Below, piece by piece: positions 28,073 through 37,354 of a stretch of 64,000 bases of DNA. Under the pieces are notes generated by a model. The model was given only the letters and a program-made list of their open reading frames with translations. It searched no databases and was not told where the DNA came from. The translations under genes and the position numbers were made by a program. Origin of the DNA: a virus (Duplodnaviria > Heunggongvirae > Uroviricota > Caudoviricetes); IMG/VR virus record IMGVR_UViG_3300031993_006620. One strand, given 5' to 3'. Position 1 is the stretch's first letter, and every line of letters starts with the position of its first letter.

Positions 28073-29086
28073 TTACTTGGTTTCTTCGGTGTCGCTGGAC
28101 TTCTTTCCCTTCTTTCCCTTCTTGGGTTCCTTGGGATGCAAGAGGTCGCGGACTTTCTGTTCGGCTTCGAGAGCAGCTTCCATACTGGTTTCGTCATACT
28201 GAAGCGCAACAGAAATTTTTTCGGCAAGCTGACCATTGACGATGTCAACGTCCTTACGCGTACCATCGTCCAAGGTAACGGTTGCCTTCATCGTTTCAAA
28301 TTCGACGTATTCGGTCGCGTTGTGAATGTCGATTTTTTGGATCTGACCTATCAAGTAGTTGACAAACTTGTTCACTGTGTCGTCGTCAAACTGATAGCAG
28401 ATTTCCGGCTGAACGCTGTTCTTCTTGCAGAGTGCAACTTTCTTGAACACGAACCCGTTTTCGGAAAGTTTCTGTTCGAATAGCGGTTGAAGGTCGGGAC
28501 GAACGCAGGGACGATCCAGCGTGTCGCTGCAAGCGAGAACGGAAAGTTCGGAGAGGTCAAGGCGTGCGGTAAAGGTGAAGTGAGACTTTCCGAGCGATTC
28601 CTTAACGAAGAACGATGTGTCGGACCTGGGGCCAGAGCTGCTGTGGGTTTCGAGCTGGGAAACCGCATCGTTGTCGAGTTCAGCGTCGGAGACGGTCAGC
28701 GGACTCTTTCGTTTCGTGGTGATGTCGGCCTTGGACGGATTCAAGTATCCGCGAATCAATCCAACATAGCTCGCGTTTTCGGCAATGAGAGAAGTAATGT
28801 CTTCCTTGGTCGCCGGGTTGTTTACTATGTCGAAAATGGCGTGGCGAATGCAGTCGCCGCTCGTCTTGATGACACGACCGCGGCCATCTTTGTAGCCGTT
28901 GGCCTTCATAAACGTGATGTTGTCGTTGAGAGCCATCGGCAAGAAAGCTCCGCCTTCGTTCTTGGCAAGTTCGTTTTTAGCCTTGACGTGCTGGTTATAG
29001 AGGTACTTGCCGTCCTTGCCTTCCTTGTTCGGACTGCCGAATCCGGCAAGGGTGACGATGAATTCGATTTTCTTCGCTTTCTGCAT
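28073..29086 (-). CDS. candidate Cascade backbone subunit (337 aa), Cas7-like by synteny only
   Basis: Immediately downstream of cas3. N-terminal G-rich segment (TLAGFGSPNKEGKDGK). Motif variant GGGGGAACCCCGG lies upstream. Confidence 0.35.
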   Translation of the reverse strand: MQKAKKIEFIVTLAGFGSPNKEGKDGKYLYNQHVKAKNELAKNEGGAFLPMALNDNITFMKANGYKDGRGRVIKTSGDCIRHAIFDIVNNPATKEDITSLIAENASYVGLIRGYLNPSKADITTKRKSPLTVSDAELDNDAVSQLETHSSSGPRSDTSFFVKESLGKSHFTFTARLDLSELSVLACSDTLDRPCVRPDLQPLFEQKLSENGFVFKKVALCKKNSVQPEICYQFDDDTVNKFVNYLIGQIQKIDIHNATEYVEFETMKATVTLDDGTRKDVDIVNGQLAEKISVALQYDETSMEAALEAEQKVRDLLHPKEPKKGKKGKKSSDTEETK

Positions 29087-29155
29087 AATGGATTCCTTTG
29101 GTTAAATTGTTGTGTTGTTGCACCTTATCGATGCCAAGGTTGGGGGAACCCCGGT

Positions 29156-31495
29156 CTATTTCTGGTCGGTCGGTTCAATCTCGTACCATCCATATTCATG
29201 GTCGTAGGCCATATCGGAAGGTCTAACCACGAACGGATAGTCTGGGTTGCGCCACATCGCTGGGTGTGTCCCGTAGAACTGACATTTGCGTTCTTGGGCC
29301 TTGCCGCCTTTCCCTTCCAAATACTTGTGAAGAACTGGAAAGTGTTCAGCAAAAGTTGAGTCGCTACGAACATACCTAAGCAGTTCGTTTCCCGACTTGA
29401 TATACGGTCTGAACGATGGTTTCGCCTTGAATGTCGTAAAGTCGGTATAGGATTCGCCAATCTGGAACGGACCGCAGTACACGCCGTCAGTGTCCTTTAC
29501 GACGAAGCTAATCGACGGGTCGATATTGCGGAGCGAACCGATATTTCCCTTGTTTTTGATGGACTTGCGCATAAAGGCTGGACGGTGCGGATAGCACTGC
29601 TTGACAAGCTCTTCCAAACCCTTCTTGTACAAGGTTTCTTGATACTTATTAAGCAAGTCGATATGTTCGGCGTTGAACGAGTCGAGCATCGCGTAAATGT
29701 CGCTCAAGGTCATCTTTTCCTTGACGTGAGACTTGATATAGTTCGTCCACGCCTTGTAGATGTCGTGAGTGACCTCGAAATCGTTGTGGTCGAGATAGAC
29801 TCGGTTTGCCTGTGACAAGTTAGATGGAATGACGAACACGATGGTCGCGTCTTGCACCTCACCCCAACGGTCACACCGACCGATGATCTGGATGTCGCCG
29901 TTAGGGGTACTTACCATAAATTCGATTTGGCGGAACGAAATGTCAAGGCTCGCTTTCATAATCGGTCCGGACGCAACACCTACCTTGTCGGCGGTCGCAC
30001 CCTTTCCGTACATCGAGTAAATCTTGTCCATTTTCGCCTTCTTGTCCTCGTCGGTGAACTTGCTGTGGAAGCAGATTGCGCCTTCGACGGACTTCGCTGC
30101 TTCCTGAGCGTCTGCAACTACGTTGAACACCTGAGCAGAGCCGTTCTCCAGCTTACCGAAATCTTCCTTTACCATAACATTGTACGGAACATTGTGCTGC
30201 GGCTGATAATGGGCGTTTCTTTTCGGAAGGTAGTTGACCCTCTCGTTGTCGCGGAAGAATTTCTCGTTATAGATGGTAATTGGAGTGGCAGAGACGAGCA
30301 GAGACTTCGCCTTGGTGAAGTTGTTGCGGAGCTGCAAGAGAATACAATAGGCCGCGTACATCGGGCAATTATCCATTGAGAACTCGTGGAACTCGTCGAA
30401 CACCATCGGAGCGGACATCATAACGTACTGCATATTGGCTTGTCTGTTGCTCGCGTACGGCTTTGTGATTGCGTCCAAATTCGTGACGATAATGTGCGGA
30501 CACGTCCCATCGTCCTCACGGTTGCTTCCCTTGATTTCGCCCGTATACATCTTTTCGATGCACACATCAAGGCCAAGCACTTCGTTGAGCTGAACGAGTC
30601 CGATGTACACGGATTCAATGACGGGGTTTCTTGGGCATACCCAATAAACCGTCTTGCGACACTTCAATGCCCAAGCCATACCGACGAGCGTCTTGCCGAA
30701 CCCAGCCGGGGCGGCGACCACATTGGTCGGTTTGTCGGCCAGGTTGACAATATCCATCTGTTGCGCGAAGCGTTCGGCATTGAAATTGTCCGGCTTGCGG
30801 ATTGTTTCGATGTTAAAACGGTCTTCGTTAAAGGAGTCGGCGTAACCGCTCACTTCTCGGTCGGCTCGGATAACCACTGCGCGAACGAACATCGTGAGAA
30901 CATTGTCGTCATACTTGGTCGGTTCGATTGCGAATAAGTTAGGCGCGACGAAGCTCTGCACGTCCCTTTCAGGAAATTCCATTCCGACAAGGTCGGAAAC
31001 GAAATCCGCGATGGCCTTAATGTCGAACTGGTCGCCGTAGAATATCTTCTGGCTGTAGTTCAGTTCGCCGTAGTCAGGCGCAGCGGCGTGATGCCAAAAC
31101 ACAGCCGACTTTACCGATTCATAGCACTTTCGGTCGGTTATGCCGAACTTTTCGCAAAGTTCAGGGCCATATACACAAAGGAAAGCCCAACTGAACTCGT
31201 TGTGGTATCGAGTAGCGTCGTCGGTGACTGCGTCCACCAATTCATCCGGTTCGGCGGACGCATCTTCGTTTTTCTTGATGTAGTCTTGAAAATACGGGAC
31301 TGACTTACCGATATCGTGAAGCAAACCGGCGACAAAGCAAGCCGTAATTACGGATTCCGTAGAATATTGCGGTCCGAACTGCTTCTTGAGTTCTGCACCC
31401 GAAAGAAGACTGGTCGCGATTTCCTTGGCTCGTAATGCGACCGTATTGCTGTGGTCTTTAAGGGTTACGCCGTTGTGCTTTGCGAGAATGGTCAT
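29156..31495 (-). CDS. cas3: Cas3 HD-nuclease/SF2-helicase (779 aa), not fused to Cas2
   Basis: N-terminal HD motifs (LLHDIGK, FWHHAAAPD). Walker A AAPAGFGKT and DExH-like DEFHEF. Confidence 0.85.
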   Translation of the reverse strand: MTILAKHNGVTLKDHSNTVALRAKEIATSLLSGAELKKQFGPQYSTESVITACFVAGLLHDIGKSVPYFQDYIKKNEDASAEPDELVDAVTDDATRYHNEFSWAFLCVYGPELCEKFGITDRKCYESVKSAVFWHHAAAPDYGELNYSQKIFYGDQFDIKAIADFVSDLVGMEFPERDVQSFVAPNLFAIEPTKYDDNVLTMFVRAVVIRADREVSGYADSFNEDRFNIETIRKPDNFNAERFAQQMDIVNLADKPTNVVAAPAGFGKTLVGMAWALKCRKTVYWVCPRNPVIESVYIGLVQLNEVLGLDVCIEKMYTGEIKGSNREDDGTCPHIIVTNLDAITKPYASNRQANMQYVMMSAPMVFDEFHEFSMDNCPMYAAYCILLQLRNNFTKAKSLLVSATPITIYNEKFFRDNERVNYLPKRNAHYQPQHNVPYNVMVKEDFGKLENGSAQVFNVVADAQEAAKSVEGAICFHSKFTDEDKKAKMDKIYSMYGKGATADKVGVASGPIMKASLDISFRQIEFMVSTPNGDIQIIGRCDRWGEVQDATIVFVIPSNLSQANRVYLDHNDFEVTHDIYKAWTNYIKSHVKEKMTLSDIYAMLDSFNAEHIDLLNKYQETLYKKGLEELVKQCYPHRPAFMRKSIKNKGNIGSLRNIDPSISFVVKDTDGVYCGPFQIGESYTDFTTFKAKPSFRPYIKSGNELLRYVRSDSTFAEHFPVLHKYLEGKGGKAQERKCQFYGTHPAMWRNPDYPFVVRPSDMAYDHEYGWYEIEPTDQK

Positions 31496-31515
31496 TGTGC
31501 TGATTCCTTAGCTGA

Positions 31516-31541
31516 TTGTTATATGGCTAATATAGCAACAA
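31516..31541 (-). promoter_or_regulatory. imperfect palindrome TTGTTATATGGCTAATATAGCAACAA upstream of cas3 (candidate operator)
   Basis: Dyad TTGTT..ATAT / ATAT..AACAA between the motif copy at 31544 and the cas3 RBS. Confidence 0.3.
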
Positions 31542-31582
31542 AAGGGAGCCCCGGACTCAAAGCTGGTCAAGGTGGGGCGTTT

Positions 31583-32389
31583 TTAGTTCAGGTTGAAGAA
31601 GGGTGTAATGTGCTCTCCCGGCACGACTTGCGGGAGGGTGCCGTTCCAGCGGTCGAGCATCTGCAGCTTGACGTAGTTGCCCACGGCGGGAGATTGCAGT
31701 GCGCGGAGCTTCGTGACGATGGCGATCGAGTCGGCCTTCGCCTTGATGATGGTGGCGATGGAATCCTTCTGCGCGGCGATGACTTTCTGTTCGCCTATCG
31801 CAGTTATCTTTTCCTTGACTTTCTTTTCCTTTTCGGCCTCCTGCTGGGCTACCTGCTTGTCTTCGACCGCAAGTCGGAACTTCTCCTTGAAATTGAACTT
31901 GTATATGCTGAACCCGTCGATGATGATATGGCTGTCGGCAGAATCCAGCTTGGCGCTCAGCACGATCTCCATCCTGTGCCTGATCTCTTCTCGCTTCTGC
32001 AGAAGGTCTTCCGCCTTGTATTGCGGGGTTAGCCCGGTGATGGTCTCTCGGATTTTCGGCCTGATTCCCGAGCTGATGGCGTCCATCCCGTACTTGTTGT
32101 AGAGCGCGTCGGCCTTTGACGGGTCGAAATGGAAGTTCACGTCGACACCGACGTCGACCGTCTGCAGGTCCTGCGTACCGGCTTCCATTTCAAGCGTCTC
32201 GAGCTGCGTCTTGATCGGGACCTTTTCGATGGTGCGGAACCACGGGAAAATGAAAGCGGCACCCGGTTCGACGATACCGGTCACTTTACCGCAGAGCTTG
32301 ACCACGCCTCGTTCGGTGGAGTCTACTTTGGTGCAACCCGTGAGAGCGAGGAGCGCGAAAATCGCGATAATGAGAATGGTCTTCTTCAT
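31583..32389 (-). CDS. SPFH/band-7 domain lipoprotein (268 aa)
   Basis: Lipobox LLALTGC. SPFH-like core and C-terminal QMLDRWNGTLPQVVPG. Confidence 0.7.
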   Translation of the reverse strand: MKKTILIIAIFALLALTGCTKVDSTERGVVKLCGKVTGIVEPGAAFIFPWFRTIEKVPIKTQLETLEMEAGTQDLQTVDVGVDVNFHFDPSKADALYNKYGMDAISSGIRPKIRETITGLTPQYKAEDLLQKREEIRHRMEIVLSAKLDSADSHIIIDGFSIYKFNFKEKFRLAVEDKQVAQQEAEKEKKVKEKITAIGEQKVIAAQKDSIATIIKAKADSIAIVTKLRALQSPAVGNYVKLQMLDRWNGTLPQVVPGEHITPFFNLN

Positions 32390-32416
32390 TTGTTTGTTTC
32401 CTTTGTTTGTTGTGGG

Positions 32417-32719
32417 TTAAACTGAGAACTTGTGGATGGTCCAGGTGTAGATCGCGCCTTCGCCGTCCGTATAGCAGGCGCCGTGCCCCCTGACGATTTG
32501 GTCAATGGTCGGCCCCCCGTCCAGCGCCGGGTCGTAGCCGAGCTTCTTCATCCTGTTGATGATTCGCTTGGCCGCCAGTTGCTCGTTGCCGCAGGACAAC
32601 TTGCGGAACGCTGTCGGCCTGCCCTTGAGCAGCTCGCCCGACGAACACGGCACGACCTTGGTCTCGACGACGCCGAACATGTTGAGCAACAGGTGCTTGA
32701 TTGGTCTTCCTCGTTTCAT
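32417..32719 (-). CDS. hypothetical protein (100 aa)
   Basis: Start MKRGRPIK after a motif copy. Confidence 0.5.
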   Translation of the reverse strand: MKRGRPIKHLLLNMFGVVETKVVPCSSGELLKGRPTAFRKLSCGNEQLAAKRIINRMKKLGYDPALDGGPTIDQIVRGHGACYTDGEGAIYTWTIHKFSV

Positions 32720-32753
32720 TGCTTCTCCTTCTTGGTTTGTGTCGGTGATATGC

Positions 32754-33530
32754 CTACCCGAGGGAGCCCCGGCAGGCAGGCGCGACGGGCTCCAGCATCC
32801 CGACAAGTCTGGAAACGTCCGGCTTGGCGAGCAGGCTCTTGACCGTGCAGGCCTTGCCGACCAAGCGCACCTTGTACGTGAGCTTGGTATAGATTGCGCG
32901 TACGAAGTCGGTCGGGTCGCACGACTTCCGGAAGATCCTGTTCAGCCCGTTCACGACCTTCTTGCACAGGGACGGCCCGTATGTGTAGCCTATGAGCAGG
33001 TTGACCTCTCGCTCGTTCTCCGTCTTGCGCTTGAAGATGCGGTTCCCGAGGTCGAGAACCTTGGCGCACCACGCAGCCTGCGGGTCGTTCCCGTCGGCGG
33101 CGAGTGGATCGTTCAAGAGACAGGTGCGGACCTTGTTGTAGTCGGCGTGCCCGTACACGGGGCTCGTGAAGTACAGGTGGGTGTGCCCGAAACTCGGGAC
33201 CTTCGTGTAGCCGGACAGCGGTTCGGTGGCGAGTAGGCGGAGCATCTTCAGGGCGACTTGCCTGTAATGGGCCGTCCCGTACTGGGCGTACCCTCCCCTC
33301 CTCACGAAGGCGTCGTTATCGGCCTGCGCACGCTTGGCCTCGTCGGTGTTCAGGTACGTGAGCCAGTTGGCGAGACGCCTCTGTTTCCTCACGGTGCAAC
33401 AGCAGTGGATCAGGTCGTACACTTCATCTTTGGTCGGTGTATGTCCGAGCCTGATCGCGGCGAGGTGCCAGACGAGCGTGCGGTCGGAACGGCGTACCGC
33501 GTCGCGGAACGCCTTCTTGGTGAATTTCAT
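32754..33530 (-). CDS. hypothetical protein (258 aa)
   Basis: Motif copy upstream. The C-terminus is encoded across the next hairpin. Confidence 0.55.
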   Translation of the reverse strand: MKFTKKAFRDAVRRSDRTLVWHLAAIRLGHTPTKDEVYDLIHCCCTVRKQRRLANWLTYLNTDEAKRAQADNDAFVRRGGYAQYGTAHYRQVALKMLRLLATEPLSGYTKVPSFGHTHLYFTSPVYGHADYNKVRTCLLNDPLAADGNDPQAAWCAKVLDLGNRIFKRKTENEREVNLLIGYTYGPSLCKKVVNGLNRIFRKSCDPTDFVRAIYTKLTYKVRLVGKACTVKSLLAKPDVSRLVGMLEPVAPACRGSLG

Positions 33531-33618
33531 AGGTCCTCCGTTTTAGTTGGGGATATGGGCTCGGGGGAGCCCCGGCCTGATCAGGCGGGCTGGCCGCTCT
33601 TCACTTCGCGGGCGCTCC

Positions 33619-34617
33619 CTAAAGAATTTTTTCTTCCACTTCGAACGAGCCCGTCCTGAGACGTTCGACGAACACCACGTACCCGCGTCCGGACATATGG
33701 TCGAGGGCGTGCTCGGACTCCTTGCGCAGCTTCGTGATTTTCCTGTGGCGGATAATCTCGGAAACCACGATGTCCATCAGCCCGTAGTAGCACTCGCTCT
33801 TCGACGCTCCCTTGGCGGGACGGACGTACCGCACGTCATCGTCGTGGAAAAGGATCTGGATCGATTCCTTCCCGTCGCGGACGTGCTTGCTGAACCGCAC
33901 CGTCTCCTCGCGGTACTTGATGATGAGGTCGGTGTCTTTCACGTAGAACGTGCTGTTCTCCATCATCGTGGCGTGCTTGTAGCCGGTGCGGTCCACGAAC
34001 GAGGCCATCTGGCACGGGTTGAAGATACGCTCCAGCTCGTTACGGAACCCGGTGCTGCCGAGGACGGCCTTGTTCTCGGCCAGGAATACGTCCCTGAACG
34101 CCTTGCCCTTGTACACTACGGGCCCGGCGGCGTCCTCGGTCGGGTTGTCGAGCGTGTTGTAGAGCATGTCGCAGAGCTTGATGAGCAGGGCGTCCTCGCT
34201 AAGCGAGAGCAGCTTCTCCGTCATATAGGCCTCCTTCCCGACCTCCGCGATGTCGAACCGGTTGTTGGTCAGCTCGTTGCAGAGCCTCGCGACGTTGGGA
34301 CCGAAGATAGCCATGAGCTCGGGGAACGAGGTCTTGGTGTCCTCCATCAGGTCGTGGCCCAGCGCCGCGTTGATGAGGGTCACGGAACGGTTGCACTCCA
34401 GCGTCCCGCAGTGCTCGGAGACGAGCCACGCCACGCCCCTGCAGTGCAGGAAGTACGGCACGCCCGTGGCCTTGCGCTTCTGGTGCGCGTGGCGACCCTT
34501 GGCGAAGTAGTACATCGCCCTGCACCTGACCGGGAAGTCGGTGGACTGCATCTTCATGAAAGGGGAGTCGTAGTCGAAATCGTCCTTTTCGTCGCAATCG
34601 TAATCGTAATTGGCCAT
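33619..34617 (-). CDS. HD-domain phosphohydrolase-like protein (332 aa)
   Basis: Start MANYDYD after a motif copy; H...HD pattern (ALGHDLMED). Confidence 0.5.
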   Translation of the reverse strand: MANYDYDCDEKDDFDYDSPFMKMQSTDFPVRCRAMYYFAKGRHAHQKRKATGVPYFLHCRGVAWLVSEHCGTLECNRSVTLINAALGHDLMEDTKTSFPELMAIFGPNVARLCNELTNNRFDIAEVGKEAYMTEKLLSLSEDALLIKLCDMLYNTLDNPTEDAAGPVVYKGKAFRDVFLAENKAVLGSTGFRNELERIFNPCQMASFVDRTGYKHATMMENSTFYVKDTDLIIKYREETVRFSKHVRDGKESIQILFHDDDVRYVRPAKGASKSECYYGLMDIVVSEIIRHRKITKLRKESEHALDHMSGRGYVVFVERLRTGSFEVEEKIL

Positions 34618-34670
34618 AATGCCCTCCTGTTTGGTTACACTTGCCGTATGCACCCTCGGGGGAGCCCCGG

Positions 34671-34922
34671 CTAGTCCTTCGGGATGAAGCGGTTCTTCCC
34701 GCCGCCCAGCTTCTCGTAGACGAGGGAACGTGCGAACTTGCTGAGGCCGAAGTCCTTCGCGTCCAGCAGGGACAGCAGCTCCTTGCGCCGTGCCCTTATG
34801 ACGGACTTGCCTATCTCCTCCTCCAGGATCTCCTTCACGTCGCTCCCGTCCGTGTTGAGCCAATGCACCTCGGCCTCGCACTGGCCGATGGCGTTGGAAA
34901 GTTTTTCTTCAAGGTTCTGCAT
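34671..34922 (-). CDS. hypothetical protein (83 aa)
   Basis: Start MQNLEEK after a GAAGGAGG RBS. Confidence 0.45.
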   Translation of the reverse strand: MQNLEEKLSNAIGQCEAEVHWLNTDGSDVKEILEEEIGKSVIRARRKELLSLLDAKDFGLSKFARSLVYEKLGGGKNRFIPKD

Positions 34923-34950
34923 GGTAGGGCCTCCTTCGTGATTATTCCCC

Positions 34951-35424
34951 TTAATTTTCGCTGTTTTCGTCTTTCTTGCCGGTCTGTTCCCACTCGATGT
35001 CCTCGCAGGGGCCAAAGTCGGCATCGGCCATGAACTGTTCGGCATACTCGAGCGCCTCGTCTTTGTTTCTTGCCCGGACCTTGACGCGGCAAACTGCGGT
35101 AAGTTTGAAGTCGATCTGAAAATCCCGTCGTTCGGCATCTTCCTTGATGGCCTGCTCGATTGTTTCCGGGGAAAGGTCGTGAACGCCATCCATCTCGGCA
35201 CATTCGCGAAGAATATAGTCCTTATCGCTTGCGTCAGTGATGTCCTCCACTTCGATGTTGTACTTGTCTCGGCAAATGTCGGATTCGTCCTTGATGATGC
35301 CGGCCGTTACGGATGCCCTGAGGAGAATATTTTCTTCAAGCTCCCTGTCCGAACGTACGGCAAAGTTGTGCAGGGTATAGCATGCGCCGTCGTCGGAAAT
35401 TGAGATGTGGTAAGTTTTTTCCAT
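34951..35424 (-). CDS. hypothetical acidic protein (157 aa)
   Basis: ORF only. Confidence 0.5.
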   Translation of the reverse strand: MEKTYHISISDDGACYTLHNFAVRSDRELEENILLRASVTAGIIKDESDICRDKYNIEVEDITDASDKDYILRECAEMDGVHDLSPETIEQAIKEDAERRDFQIDFKLTAVCRVKVRARNKDEALEYAEQFMADADFGPCEDIEWEQTGKKDENSEN

Positions 35425-35442
35425 TGTGACCTCTTTTATGTT

Positions 35443-35751
35443 TTATTCCGTTGTTAGTAAGCCCCGTTGAACCTTGTCTTTCAGTTGAGCAATCTCTGCG
35501 TCCTTCTCTGCAATCAGCTCTTCTTTTCGTGCCAACTCAATATTGTGCGCGTGAGCCAAGTCTGCCAATCTTTTGATTTGCCCGCCAGTCTTGGATAGCT
35601 CATCAGTCAGCTTACCAATCTTGGCATCCTTCTTGGCTACGACGGTATCCACTTCGTTCGCATAGTACACTATGGGGTAGCCGATGCCGCCTTTAAGTTT
35701 AATCATGCCAATCAGTTCATTGATGTGGTGGCGTTTCAGTTCTTGTGCCAT
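35443..35751 (-). CDS. hypothetical coiled-coil protein (102 aa)
   Basis: ORF only. Confidence 0.5.
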   Translation of the reverse strand: MAQELKRHHINELIGMIKLKGGIGYPIVYYANEVDTVVAKKDAKIGKLTDELSKTGGQIKRLADLAHAHNIELARKEELIAEKDAEIAQLKDKVQRGLLTTE

Positions 35752-35771
35752 ATCATACCTTCTTCTTTTGC

Positions 35772-36020
35772 TTACTCATTATTGGTCAAGTTATTAACCT
35801 GACTCCAATAGACAATCGGGCAAAAAGGCATACCCCACCACTTACGCTTCAAGTCGATCTCTTTCTTGAGCCATTCAATCTTGTCGTGCGTCGGTGCCTT
35901 GACATCGAGGTATCTGCCGTTCTTGCGGTTACGCCGAGCAATAAGGCGCTCGCCCCTATCGGTAAGGACAAGGACTTCGGTCTTGGGCGGGATTTCGTTT
36001 ACATTGCGGTTCCACTTCAT
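35772..36020 (-). CDS. hypothetical protein (82 aa)
   Basis: Motif copy upstream. Confidence 0.5.
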   Translation of the reverse strand: MKWNRNVNEIPPKTEVLVLTDRGERLIARRNRKNGRYLDVKAPTHDKIEWLKKEIDLKRKWWGMPFCPIVYWSQVNNLTNNE

Positions 36021-36073
36021 ACCATACCTCCTAGTGGGACGGGGGAGCCCCGGCCCGGCTGTCCGGAAACGCG

Positions 36074-36111
36074 AAAAGGGGGAAGCCCGGTCGGCCGAGC
36101 TTCCCCCTTTC
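36074..36111 (-). promoter_or_regulatory. perfect 12-bp inverted repeat (AAAGGGGGAAGC / GCTTCCCCCTTT) with a 12-nt loop
   Basis: Located between the stop of gene 36151-36612 and motif copy 36041. No U-tract follows on the minus strand. Confidence 0.3.
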
Positions 36112-36150
36112 GGGCAACGATTTTTTGTGACGGACTACACCAGCGCCGAC

Positions 36151-36612
36151 CTACCCGAGCTTCCTCTTCAGGTCGGCGACCCTCGCGTAGAACCCGGCGG
36201 TGCGGGCGCTCCTCGCGAGGCCGAGGACCTCCCTGTCGTAGTAGTGCATGAACATCTGCAGCAGGGTGTCCACGAACTGGTCGGCGGGGACGGGGATGCC
36301 GCGCTCCATCGCCCCCCTGCGGGAATGGTTGTACACCGTCAGGCGTGGTACACCGCCCTTCGGGTGGACGAACTCCCCGTAAACCACCACGCGCCCCGGC
36401 TTCGGACGGTAGCGTCCCGACACCACGACCTCCGCCCGAGCGATCCCGAACTCGTCGCAGAGGTGGCCGACGAGCTCGGCCGACAGGGCGCCCCGGTCGG
36501 CCCCCTCCTCCATAAGCGCACCGAGCGCGCCCGTGGAGAACGGGCCGTGCGCCACCTCCCACACGGAGTTGGAACGCCTGTAGCTTTCCTCGTCCTTGTC
36601 CCAGTACTGCAC
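36151..36612 (-). CDS. hypothetical protein (153 aa)
   Basis: Motif copy upstream. Confidence 0.5.
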   Translation of the reverse strand: MQYWDKDEESYRRSNSVWEVAHGPFSTGALGALMEEGADRGALSAELVGHLCDEFGIARAEVVVSGRYRPKPGRVVVYGEFVHPKGGVPRLTVYNHSRRGAMERGIPVPADQFVDTLLQMFMHYYDREVLGLARSARTAGFYARVADLKRKLG

Positions 36613-36668
36613 GTGTCACCTCCTTTTTTGGTTGCCCTCAACCGATGCCCCCCGAGGGGAGCCCCGGC

Positions 36669-36884
36669 CTACAGGGAGTAGTCGACCGCCTCCCGTCTCG
36701 TCATGAAGTGGTGGATGCCGGACGCGCATTCGTCCAGAAGGCTCTCGCTGAACCTGTGCGTGGGGCGCACCACCTTGCCCACCCTGTACACGAACAAGGT
36801 GTCGCACATAGAAAAGGCCTCCTTGAACGCGACCGTCCTGTGCGTCTTCGCGGAACGCGCCACGCTCCTGATGCTCACCACCAC
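36669..36884 (-). CDS. hypothetical protein (71 aa)
   Basis: Motif copy upstream. Confidence 0.45.
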   Translation of the reverse strand: MVVSIRSVARSAKTHRTVAFKEAFSMCDTLFVYRVGKVVRPTHRFSESLLDECASGIHHFMTRREAVDYSL

Positions 36885-36890
36885 CTGCGC

Positions 36891-37331
36891 TTAGCCATCC
36901 TTTACCTCCTTGTCAGGTTGCCCGTTGCCGATCTCCCCCGAGGGGAGCCCCGGCGACAGGGAATCGAGGTCCCCCGACGATATCCGCTCGAGGTCGGCCC
37001 CGACCCGCGAAGCCCACGCGGCGAGCTGCCCGATACGGACATCCACCGTGTCCGCGTCCCGGACGGACGGGTCGGCCGTAAGGAGGATCGTACGGTGGAC
37101 CCTTATCTCGTTGCTCCCCGACTCGGCCACGTAGCGAAGCGATACGTTGACGCTGTCGAACAGGTTCCCCTTGTCGGCACGCCACACCTCCGCGACCGCC
37201 TGCACCCCGGACACCTCCTTCGCGTACTGGTAGTACGCCCCGCGCTCCTTCCCCGTGAACCCGTGGGATTCCAGCCTCTTGCAGAACTCCCTTATAAGGG
37301 CGTCCCGCTCCCTCTTAGCCTTGGTCGCCAT
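36891..37331 (-). CDS. hypothetical protein (146 aa)
   Basis: Start MATKAKR after an AAGGAGG RBS; the C-terminus reads through a motif copy. Confidence 0.5.
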   Translation of the reverse strand: MATKAKRERDALIREFCKRLESHGFTGKERGAYYQYAKEVSGVQAVAEVWRADKGNLFDSVNVSLRYVAESGSNEIRVHRTILLTADPSVRDADTVDVRIGQLAAWASRVGADLERISSGDLDSLSPGLPSGEIGNGQPDKEVKDG

Positions 37332-37354
37332 GGCGAACCTCCTTGAAAAAATTT

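Noticed and set aside
25634-31495. Searched for a Cas2 or Cas8/Cas11 ORF within or near the cas operon
   Set aside because: No unassigned ORF of suitable size exists between cas3 and the array. Intergenic gaps are 11-74 nt and overlapping frames give no protein-like sequence.
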